Positions 27,824 to 35,951 of a stretch of DNA of 64,000 bases are shown piece by piece (within the stretch, counting starts at the first letter, position 1; each line of letters begins with the position of its first letter). The DNA comes from Candidatus Aenigmatarchaeota archaeon. GTDB taxonomy: Archaea > Aenigmatarchaeota > Aenigmatarchaeia > QMZP01 > QMZT01. The stretch lies in NCBI GenBank assembly GCA_026397315.1, contig JAPLVC010000006.1, forward strand, positions 117,108-181,107. Reading direction: 5' to 3'. The notes under the pieces are model-generated. The model searched no databases. It had not been told where the DNA came from and saw nothing but the letters and a program-made list of their open reading frames with translations. Both the position numbers and the translations under genes were made by a program.

Positions 27824-30800
27824 ATGAATAAAAACAAGCCAACTTTGCTCTTTTTTTCAATTTTCATTGCGTTTTCCATCCTGTTTTCTTCATCAGGTGC
27901 CGCGGCGTCACAAATAATGGATACTAATCACATACTAGGCAACCCCCCGACGCAGGCCACAGAAATTCTGAGCGACATCTTTTCACAAACCGATGTCATA
28001 ATATATGTGTATTTAAGCGGCAACGACTTTTCAACACACGAAAGTCTAATACAAGATGCAAGTGAAACTTTCCATCTAAATAATCTTAGTGTTGCCGGGG
28101 TTCCCAAATACAATCTCCTTATATATTCTGCAACGGTCAACGGCAAGCAGTATATTGAATATGTTCCCAGCAAGGAGTATGTGTGCAAGAGTTTCGTTGA
28201 TTTCCTTAATCAGAACCTTGTTAGCGGAGAAATAACGCTCGACAAGGAAACTCTTTTATCGAAGCTGCAACAGATTTCTGACTTCATAGAATCAGAAAAA
28301 AAAGCACAAGGCGGGGACTGGCCGAAATGCGTCGGCTCTGTGGAAACTAAAAAAGAGGAAACGGAGCTTCAGGTTGGAAAAGAAGTTTATCTTATAGATG
28401 ACACGAATTGGAAAAGCGTCCTCAGCCTTATACCACTGACTACCCGGCATTTCATGCCCGAAGGCCTGGAATCGTTGTCAGATGCCCAGAAACTTGCGGA
28501 TAGAAAAAATCATGTGCAATACAGCCCAACGTTCGTATATCACAGCGAGAACGAACAGGTGGATTTGGATTCCGTTATCCTTTTGCTTAGACAATTTTCT
28601 CCAGTAAAAGTTACCATAGTCCATGACGAATCGGTGCCAAAGAAGATCGCGAGCGTTATGGAAAAAGAAAAATGGCAATATGCATACCTTTCGCCGTCAG
28701 ATTATGCCGACAAATGGAAAACAGAAGGTTATGACTCTGTTGTCTTGTCCCAGAATGACTACAAAACAGGCATGATGGCAAGCGTTTTCGCCTCTTACAT
28801 TCGTGCGCCGCTGATTTTCTCCGCTTCCGAACTGGATGATTACAAAAATTATAAGACAGTTTACTGCATAGGCAGCGTGCAGGCCGACGCGTGCACCAAA
28901 AATTTCACGCTGAGCGGGCTGCAGGAATATTATAAAAACATAACAGGCACGGACAAGGCCATCCTCGTGAACCCGAAAGACATAGAAGAAAAGAGCTGCG
29001 AGAGTTTCGAATACACCCGCGAGTTCGGCAGATTGACTAAGGCGTATTGCAAGGACTCGCTTGTCTCGCCGATTCTTGCCAGCGTAAAGAACGAACTTAT
29101 GATATTCACCGATGCCGAACCTTTGAGCCGCGGCGTAATAACAGAAGGAGCCCAGGCAAACGATGCGAATAAGTTTGAAGAGGAGATTCTGCAGAAATCC
29201 GGCACTGTCAAAAGCGACATCAAAAAGCAGGTCCAGATGTCCGATAACAACTATCTCACCGTTTTCGCCTCGCCGAGAGCCGTGCCTTTAAGCGCATCAA
29301 GCGATGTGAATTACAGAAAAGCGCTCGATACGGAATATTCTGAAGGGAAAGCCGTGGGAAGGATTTTCGGCATAACTGTCTCGGATACGTCAAGTTACGT
29401 TAACAGAGTCCTGGTGTTTTCTGTTAAAGATTATTCTTACGTGCCTCAAAATAGCAAGCTGGAAAAATTCACCAACACGCTTTTGCTCGCAGCCAAGGTA
29501 CCTGAACAGAAGGGATACATACCTGCCTTCAACGAACAGCTAAAAAATAACGGATACGCTACTTCATGCTTCATCGAGGACGCCGTGCTTAAAACAAACG
29601 GCTGCCAGGACGTTTCTTATCTCGATGAAGACAAGAAGGGCACGCTTGAAAAAAGCAACATAATAATATACGATGACGACGGCAGCAATTCCGCATGGAG
29701 TTTCACAGGAGTTTCGTCATCTTACCTGAAAGACGTCACTCTCAGCTCGCCGGTCGTCATAGCAGCCGCATGCAGCGGCCTTGATTATTATGCATCAAGC
29801 CAGGACGGACTTTTAGGCTCCAATTTCATAAAAAGCGGCGCGCTTGGATATTACGGAGCCGTGAGCGTGACAAAGTTAAGTTCGATAGGAAGCGAACTTG
29901 GATCCAGACTGCTTGGAACTGACAGCCCCAGCATTCGCTTGGAAGGTTATGATTTGGGCAACGCGCTCACATCCGTGATGAATGACAAAGATGTTTTGGA
30001 ATACTTCGAAATAGGAAAACCGGGGCCATTCAACTACGTCCTTCTCGGAGACCCGACCGTTCTCCTGGCTCTGCCTAAAAAGATAAACCTTGTTTACACA
30101 AAACCAAAGATGTTAGAGGAACCAATTTATTGCGGAGTGGACGGATGTGCTAGATACTGTAAGGAATATACCAGCGATGTTTGCGAAAGTAGAAAGTCTT
30201 CTATTAGTGGATTTTTCAATTGTAAATTGAATAGAAACGAAAATCCTCCAAAATGTCAAGAAATATTATGTGATAATGTCAAACCTTTCGTTGAAGAAGG
30301 CATAACTTATCTTAAAAATGTGGTTTCTGGAAATTCCCTATGGTCACAAAATAAGTGTGATGGCGATCCATGCTCTCTGTGCAGCAGCGGAAAAGCTACT
30401 TTTGATAATACGGCAACTGCTAGTAAGAAATGCTACTGCTCTTCTGCTCCAGTGGCCTCTGGCAACAAAATATGCTCATCCACTTCTGATTATGTTGCGA
30501 TAGAAAAACTCAGTATTTGTGGTGAAACCAAAACTAAAGCCGATTTGGGTAACATACAGCTGATGGTCAACTGGAAACAAAAAACCATCACGAACATGCT
30601 TCCCGTATGGTGCAATTTCCCGGCAACACTCAAGCTTGATAGTTTAGATAAAGAATGCAAAGAATATCGCTGCAAGGATGAATCCTGTACTCCAGCTGCA
30701 TGTAATTGCTTCAAAACACAGAAATCTCCTCCGAAAGACTCATGCCTTTCATATGGAAACTGCGAATCATGCGTCGAGGACACCGTAAACAAATGCAAAT

Positions 30801-31192
30801 GGTCGCTCACTGACAATAAATGTTCTGCTACTTGTTACCAGAACTGTGCAAACATCAAAAGCCAATGCAAACAACCAGAAGACGAGACACTACCAGAAGA
30901 TGTTTACATGTGCACTTACATTAAAAATCCAGGTGAACAAGAATGCTCTTGCACAAAATGCAAAAATTCTGTTCAGGGCAGAAGAGGGATTGACATATGG
31001 AAGGTCAAATGTGATGGCAAAGCCTTTTACGAACAAACTCTTCCTTCGGAAGAAGCTGAAACTGCTCTGGTTAACAACATAGACAAGACCTATCTTTGCA
31101 TAACTGCATGCAGCGAAGACGGAAAATGCGCAACAACGAAAAAATATTATACGGATATGATCTTTAATGCTCTGGGCTTCGGGAATAATTGA
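27824..31192 (+). CDS. Secreted C25 (gingipain-like) fold protein with Cys-rich C-terminal region
   Basis: Signal peptide; AVGRIFG, IIIYDDDG, AAAC, GALGYYGA, LLGDP; many Cys after about 30100. Confidence 0.75.
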   Translation: MNKNKPTLLFFSIFIAFSILFSSSGAAASQIMDTNHILGNPPTQATEILSDIFSQTDVIIYVYLSGNDFSTHESLIQDASETFHLNNLSVAGVPKYNLLIYSATVNGKQYIEYVPSKEYVCKSFVDFLNQNLVSGEITLDKETLLSKLQQISDFIESEKKAQGGDWPKCVGSVETKKEETELQVGKEVYLIDDTNWKSVLSLIPLTTRHFMPEGLESLSDAQKLADRKNHVQYSPTFVYHSENEQVDLDSVILLLRQFSPVKVTIVHDESVPKKIASVMEKEKWQYAYLSPSDYADKWKTEGYDSVVLSQNDYKTGMMASVFASYIRAPLIFSASELDDYKNYKTVYCIGSVQADACTKNFTLSGLQEYYKNITGTDKAILVNPKDIEEKSCESFEYTREFGRLTKAYCKDSLVSPILASVKNELMIFTDAEPLSRGVITEGAQANDANKFEEEILQKSGTVKSDIKKQVQMSDNNYLTVFASPRAVPLSASSDVNYRKALDTEYSEGKAVGRIFGITVSDTSSYVNRVLVFSVKDYSYVPQNSKLEKFTNTLLLAAKVPEQKGYIPAFNEQLKNNGYATSCFIEDAVLKTNGCQDVSYLDEDKKGTLEKSNIIIYDDDGSNSAWSFTGVSSSYLKDVTLSSPVVIAAACSGLDYYASSQDGLLGSNFIKSGALGYYGAVSVTKLSSIGSELGSRLLGTDSPSIRLEGYDLGNALTSVMNDKDVLEYFEIGKPGPFNYVLLGDPTVLLALPKKINLVYTKPKMLEEPIYCGVDGCARYCKEYTSDVCESRKSSISGFFNCKLNRNENPPKCQEILCDNVKPFVEEGITYLKNVVSGNSLWSQNKCDGDPCSLCSSGKATFDNTATASKKCYCSSAPVASGNKICSSTSDYVAIEKLSICGETKTKADLGNIQLMVNWKQKTITNMLPVWCNFPATLKLDSLDKECKEYRCKDESCTPAACNCFKTQKSPPKDSCLSYGNCESCVEDTVNKCKWSLTDNKCSATCYQNCANIKSQCKQPEDETLPEDVYMCTYIKNPGEQECSCTKCKNSVQGRRGIDIWKVKCDGKAFYEQTLPSEEAETALVNNIDKTYLCITACSEDGKCATTKKYYTDMIFNALGFGNN

Positions 31193-31201
31193 TGGTGTGA
31201 A

Positions 31202-32008
31202 ATGAAAAAATTAACGCTTTTGGGATTGGCATTTTCGGTTTTCATTTTTCTGGCTGTGCCTTCGCATGCGCTTAAAATAGTTAATCTGGCGGAATTCGAA
31301 GGCAAGACATTCTACCCAAGCGATACTGTTGATCTTGGGATCGTTCTTTTGAACAACGAAAGCAGACAGCTTAACCTGACAGTTGAACAGTTCCTGACTT
31401 ATCCGGGAATAAATCCGATTCCGCTTTATGAACAAGTGACTATAGGAGCCGGTAATAATACACTTATATCTGATTTTAGTTTCGACGTTTATGATTATTC
31501 AAAACCTGGTATGTACATACACTCGGTCAGGGTATATGAAGATGAAAAACTCGTGGCCGATAAAACATCTGAGTTTAGCGTGAAAGGGACGATACAATTC
31601 TTCGGCGATTACGATTTAATAACATGCACTGACGTGGCATGCAGCGACGTGACTTCTATTTTTGATGCTGGAGAAACAGTGTATATATACTTAGAATCCG
31701 ACGAGAATCCAACCATAGAAGGCTACGTCGACAGGCCTGACGGCGGCCTTACTAACGTGTTCTTTACCAATGGTGTAACGGAATTCGTGCCTGCTTATTC
31801 AGGAGAGTACAAAGTGAACGTGATTCTATCGAAAGATGGTTTCTCACCGGAAAAAATAGAGAAAGATATAACCGTCGTCGGAAGCGCGGCGAACCTTCCT
31901 GGTAGCGCGCCGGTTGAGACCCAGTTTATTGCGATTTTAGCGGTCGCGGCCGTGGCTGCCATTGTCATCATAGCGGCGATACTTTTCTTCAAGAAGAAAG
32001 GCAAATAG
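31202..32008 (+). CDS. Secreted Ig-like protein with C-terminal membrane anchor
   Basis: Signal peptide, beta-rich domains, TM followed by KKKGK. Confidence 0.8.
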   Translation: MKKLTLLGLAFSVFIFLAVPSHALKIVNLAEFEGKTFYPSDTVDLGIVLLNNESRQLNLTVEQFLTYPGINPIPLYEQVTIGAGNNTLISDFSFDVYDYSKPGMYIHSVRVYEDEKLVADKTSEFSVKGTIQFFGDYDLITCTDVACSDVTSIFDAGETVYIYLESDENPTIEGYVDRPDGGLTNVFFTNGVTEFVPAYSGEYKVNVILSKDGFSPEKIEKDITVVGSAANLPGSAPVETQFIAILAVAAVAAIVIIAAILFFKKKGK

Positions 32009-32038
32009 TATTTATTCTGTCCGCGCAAATTAGATTAT

Positions 32039-33499
32039 ATGAAAGGGTTTTTGATAGCGTCAATAACTTTTCTGCTGATAGTTTCTTTTGCAGCTCATTT
32101 TGCGAATGCGCTTGAGAGCGGCACCGTTTTCTCCGTGGGTCCGGACACGGGATACAAGTGCGTTTACGTGAACCTGCCCCAGGACCTCGGCATCGGCGCG
32201 GTTAACCAGAAATCAGAAACAATCATAGAGTCTAACAAAGTCAACAGCCCGTGGGTCGACACGACATACAGCAAGGTCGTCATAGAGCCCGGTGTGCAGA
32301 ACAAGAATCCGGTATGCTTCTATTATTCAGGCAGGGAGGAAGGCGAATTTTCCTTTTACAGCATAAAGCTGTCGTCACTCGGTCTGGGGGTCAAGAATAC
32401 GATTTCTGGCGGACTCTGCATCTCAAATTATGCGGACGTTGACACGGGTGTGGATACTGAAAATACAACCGATGTTTGCAAGCTGCTCAATGACAATGCC
32501 GACATAATAGACCTGAGCTTCGCAGAGGACACGACACAGGCGAAACCGGGCGAAGTAGTGAGCAAAACTCTTTACATCACATCTTATGCGAACCTACGCA
32601 TAAGGCTGTCCATAGAATCCGACATGCAGAACGATTTTGGAGAGCCTGTCGTGACAACATCGCCTTCTAAACCCATGGTGAGCAGGACGTTCAAAATAAA
32701 GGCGCCTGACCATGAGGGTGATTTCGGGTTCACGGTAAAGGCCCAGGTAGAGGGATGCAACATAAACGCCTGCACCAAGCAGAAGCAGGGCATAATATCC
32801 GTAAGCCAGACCGCAAAAGAGGGCTTTTCTGTTTCTGTCATACCCAGAAACATAAACCTGAAAAGTCCAGAAGAAATGCTTTTCAGGATCGTCATCACCA
32901 ACAAAGAGGATACCAAAGATTTCACCATAGAGGCAACCTCGGACCTCTCGCTAGCGATAGAGCCGGAAACCAAGACGGTGAGCATCGAGAAGGATGAAGA
33001 AAAGACAACGCTTTTCAAAGTCACGCCGGGCAGCGAAAAGCTTTACAGACTTGATTTCAAGATAAGCACGCCGGACGAGGAAAGCACAACTAGCGCATAC
33101 GTAACCATAGGCGAACTGCTCAGCGACGCTCTCAGATACGCGGAAGAAGTGGAGAAGGACGCTTCGCCAAGCCTTTTGGAAGAAATAACAAAGGCCAAGG
33201 AAAATTATGAGGTAAAATACAACCAGACGTCTTATGGTGACGACCTGAAAGATTACGAGGAATTCCAGAAAACGCTCGATGACGCGCAAATGGAGATTGA
33301 TGGCGGCGAGAATAACACGACGGTCACGCCGCCGAAACCTGACAATGGCGGCGGCTTCAACATCATGTTCATTGCCATACCCCTGGTCATCGTCGCAGCC
33401 GTCGTGCTGATTTTCATAGCCTTCAAGAAAGCGAAATCCGGTTCCAGCGATGCGGGTGGCTATCAGGCCGGCTACGGTCCCAGGGACGAACGCTATTGA
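32039..33499 (+). CDS. Secreted multi-Ig-like protein with C-terminal membrane anchor
   Basis: Signal peptide, beta-rich domains, helical linker, TM. Confidence 0.8.
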   Translation: MKGFLIASITFLLIVSFAAHFANALESGTVFSVGPDTGYKCVYVNLPQDLGIGAVNQKSETIIESNKVNSPWVDTTYSKVVIEPGVQNKNPVCFYYSGREEGEFSFYSIKLSSLGLGVKNTISGGLCISNYADVDTGVDTENTTDVCKLLNDNADIIDLSFAEDTTQAKPGEVVSKTLYITSYANLRIRLSIESDMQNDFGEPVVTTSPSKPMVSRTFKIKAPDHEGDFGFTVKAQVEGCNINACTKQKQGIISVSQTAKEGFSVSVIPRNINLKSPEEMLFRIVITNKEDTKDFTIEATSDLSLAIEPETKTVSIEKDEEKTTLFKVTPGSEKLYRLDFKISTPDEESTTSAYVTIGELLSDALRYAEEVEKDASPSLLEEITKAKENYEVKYNQTSYGDDLKDYEEFQKTLDDAQMEIDGGENNTTVTPPKPDNGGGFNIMFIAIPLVIVAAVVLIFIAFKKAKSGSSDAGGYQAGYGPRDERY

Positions 33500-33586
33500 A
33501 GCCGGTCCGCGCGTGCCGAAAGCATAAATATTAATTCTGATGCGAAATAATTCAGATACCAAATCATATTCAGGGAGGTCATTGGC

Positions 33587-33883
33587 ATGAAAGAGGTATT
33601 TTTCATACACATGGAGAATTACTCGAAAGCGAAGAACGTGGTCTTCACGGACGACGTGGTCGCTAGGCAAACGGTCAACTTCAGGGAAGCGCGAGCGTTA
33701 GGCATGCAAAAGGACGGCTATTACCTGGAGATAGACGGCCCGCAGGAAGCGATACACAGGGCAAAAGAGCTTCTCGCAGAGATAGCGAAGGTAGTCGAAC
33801 ACAAGGAGAAGGAAGAAGTTCTCCACAAGATAAAGGCAGAGGAAGACAAGGCGGCTGAGGGTTTTGGCAGCCTTTTCGGCTGA
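33587..33883 (+). CDS. Small hypothetical protein
   Basis: GGAGG upstream; ends AEEDKAAEGFGSLFG. Confidence 0.8.
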   Translation: MKEVFFIHMENYSKAKNVVFTDDVVARQTVNFREARALGMQKDGYYLEIDGPQEAIHRAKELLAEIAKVVEHKEKEEVLHKIKAEEDKAAEGFGSLFG

Positions 33884-33971
33884 GCAGGAAGCATTTAAAT
33901 TTAAGCTCGGCAAAGAAATAATACACCTATCGTTGACCGACGCAGATTTATCTGCGTCTTTCGATGGTCAT

Positions 33972-34044
33972 GCGTCGGTAGTCTAGCCTGGTAGGACACA
34001 GGCTTGCCAAGCCTGTAACCCGGGTTCAAATCCCGGCCGACGCA
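33972..34044 (+). tRNA. tRNA-Gly(GCC), intronless
   Basis: GCGTCGG/CCGACGC acceptor, CAGGC-TT-GCC-AA-GCCTG, CCGGG-TTCAAAT-CCCGG. Confidence 0.96.
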
Positions 34045-34131
34045 TATTGAAAAACCGGCAACTAACGCCCGTAAAAGCAGAAAACGGTGACCCGAAAAAC
34101 CTATTTATTATCTAAATGGGATATTATAAAC

Positions 34132-34683
34132 ATGAAGTTTCTCAAAATGCGCTCCAAAGAAGTAAAGGAGTTGCAGCCCGAAGCCCAGGAAAACGCCGCT
34201 AGCGACGAGAACATCCAGGCTCCGGTTCAAGCGGGAGATGACAAATACGGCCCGCCATCAAAGCTGCCTGAGATAAAGAGGGCGCTTCCAAGGCCTGCAC
34301 CGAGAGTCGCTTCTTCGTCCGGTTCGCCGCCGCTTTTCATAAAAGTCGACAAATACAGGGAAATAGTCAAAGGCATACGCGAACTCAGGTCTTACATTCT
34401 CAACCTCAAGGACACGCTGGACGTCCTCAGCGACATGCAGCGCGAAGTCGGGAACGGCGTCCAGATAGCGCACAAATCACTCGACGAGCTCAATTCGCTG
34501 GTTTCCGATCTTGACTCTTTCTTCATGAAGCCGCAGACCGTTAGCGGCAGCAGGATACAGGAATACGACGCTGACGACATAGAGGACGAAGCGGACACGC
34601 ACGCGAACGAAATACGCAGCTCCATGAAAGACGTCTACGGACAGCTTGAAAAGTTGCGTGCCCAGCTCAGGTCCATACAGTAA
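34132..34683 (+). CDS. Coiled-coil hypothetical protein
   Basis: Pro-rich N-terminus, PPLFIKVDKY motif, heptad-rich helices. Confidence 0.8.
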   Translation: MKFLKMRSKEVKELQPEAQENAASDENIQAPVQAGDDKYGPPSKLPEIKRALPRPAPRVASSSGSPPLFIKVDKYREIVKGIRELRSYILNLKDTLDVLSDMQREVGNGVQIAHKSLDELNSLVSDLDSFFMKPQTVSGSRIQEYDADDIEDEADTHANEIRSSMKDVYGQLEKLRAQLRSIQ

Positions 34684-34717
34684 TTTAAATAAATAGCTCC
34701 ATTTCTAAATTCTATAT

Positions 34718-34836
34718 GCGGGGGTAGCCAAGCGGTTAAAGGCGATAGAACGGTCTTGAACTCTGATTCAAGATGATGTCGACGCTCAAGACCTATTCAC
34801 TTAGTGTGTTCCAGGGTTCGAATCCCTGCCCCCGCA
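34718..34836 (+). tRNA. tRNA-Leu(CAA) with 35-nt non-canonical intron at 30/31 (34749-34783)
   Basis: ATAG|G-CT-CAA-GA-CCTAT; long variable arm; BHB helix CGAT/GTCG. Confidence 0.92.
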
Positions 34837-34873
34837 TTAACTGCTAAATAAGTATTAATGAGGGTTCATTTTT

Positions 34874-35455
34874 ATGGCAAAGGTAAAGGTTCTTATTGAA
34901 GGGTATGCCCATGAAGGCAATGGATGTTATGAAGCAACTAGCACTACTGTTTTGATTGAAGATTCTGGAAAGAAAATAATTGTTGATCCTGGCTGCAATG
35001 AAGAATTGCTGTTGCAAGCGCTGAAAGGAGAAGGACTAACACCAAAAGATATTGATTTGATTTTTTTGACACATTATCATATTGACCATGTTCTGAACAT
35101 AAGACTGTTTCCTGGGAAAGATATCTTGGATGGAAACATAATTTATCGTGGCGACAAAGAATTCTCTTTTAAAGAAAAAATACCTGGAACAAATATTGAA
35201 ATTATCGAAACCCCCGGTCACGCACATGAGCATACAACACCCTTAGTCAAAACGGAAAAAGGGATTATAGCAATAGCAGAGGACTTATGGTGGTGGGAAG
35301 ATGAAAAACAAAAAACCGACAAAAAATCGTTGTTATCTTTAAAAGATCCTTTTGTTAAGGATGAAGCGGCTTTGTTAAAAAGCAGAAAAATAATCATAGA
35401 AAAAGCGGACTTCATTATTCCAGGCCACGGAAAAATGTTTAAAGTTGAAAAATAG
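34874..35455 (+). CDS. MBL-fold metallo-hydrolase (MBLAC1-like)
   Basis: VDPG, THYHIDH, TPGH, IIPGHG; AT-rich. Confidence 0.9.
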   Translation: MAKVKVLIEGYAHEGNGCYEATSTTVLIEDSGKKIIVDPGCNEELLLQALKGEGLTPKDIDLIFLTHYHIDHVLNIRLFPGKDILDGNIIYRGDKEFSFKEKIPGTNIEIIETPGHAHEHTTPLVKTEKGIIAIAEDLWWWEDEKQKTDKKSLLSLKDPFVKDEAALLKSRKIIIEKADFIIPGHGKMFKVEK

Positions 35456-35479
35456 CTGGCTAGCGGGTTCTAATGGCGA

Positions 35480-35503
35480 TTCGAATCCCTATCCCCGCAT
35501 TAA
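35480..35503 (+). repeat. Duplicate of the tRNA-Leu 3' end (att-like)
   Basis: TTCGAATCCCTATCCCCGCATTAA matches 34817-34840 at 22/24 positions. Confidence 0.85.
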
Positions 35504-35610
35504 AGCCTTTTGGAAAAAGGCTTTATCGAAAAACGACGATGAGGTTTGGCGAAAACGACGGGCGGATTTGCGAAAGCCGGTTTTCCGCGGCCGCTTTTTC
35601 CAAAAGGGCC
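35502..35610 (+). repeat. Hairpin element, intergenic copy with a degenerate inverted second copy (MITE-like)
   Basis: 32-nt exact match to the tRNA-Ser intron start; GCTTTTTCCAAAAGGGC at about 35593 is a near reverse complement of the first hairpin. Confidence 0.75.
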
Positions 35611-35648
35611 CTTTTCGCGTTTTTAAAGCGGTTTTTCAACTTTAAAAC

Positions 35649-35900
35649 ATGAGCGACAAGAAGCTCGTGGGAAAGGTAAGGCATTACTTCAGCAACATAA
35701 ACGTCGCCGTCATCGACTTGACAGCGAATCTCAAGGTCGGCGACGAAATATCGATAGAAGGCTCTTCTACGAACGTTACGCAGAAAGTCGATTCGATGCA
35801 GATCGAGCACAAAAGCGTCGAGGAAGCGAAGAAGGGGCAGTCCATCGGTCTGAAGGTCGCGGACAGGGTGAGGGAAGGCGACGTCGTATTCAAGATGTAA
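35649..35900 (+). CDS. Small translation-factor-like beta-barrel protein
   Basis: VGKVRHYF--INVA, LKVGDEI, SMQIEH, VREGDVV. Confidence 0.85.
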   Translation: MSDKKLVGKVRHYFSNINVAVIDLTANLKVGDEISIEGSSTNVTQKVDSMQIEHKSVEEAKKGQSIGLKVADRVREGDVVFKM

Positions 35901-35951
35901 CGAAGCGGCTGCAGCAAACCTTTTAAACATGAGCACGGTTTAATAACTAAT

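Noticed and set aside
35461-35503. Second functional tRNA-Leu
   Set aside because: Only the 3' end and a degenerate D-arm fragment are present; there is no anticodon arm.
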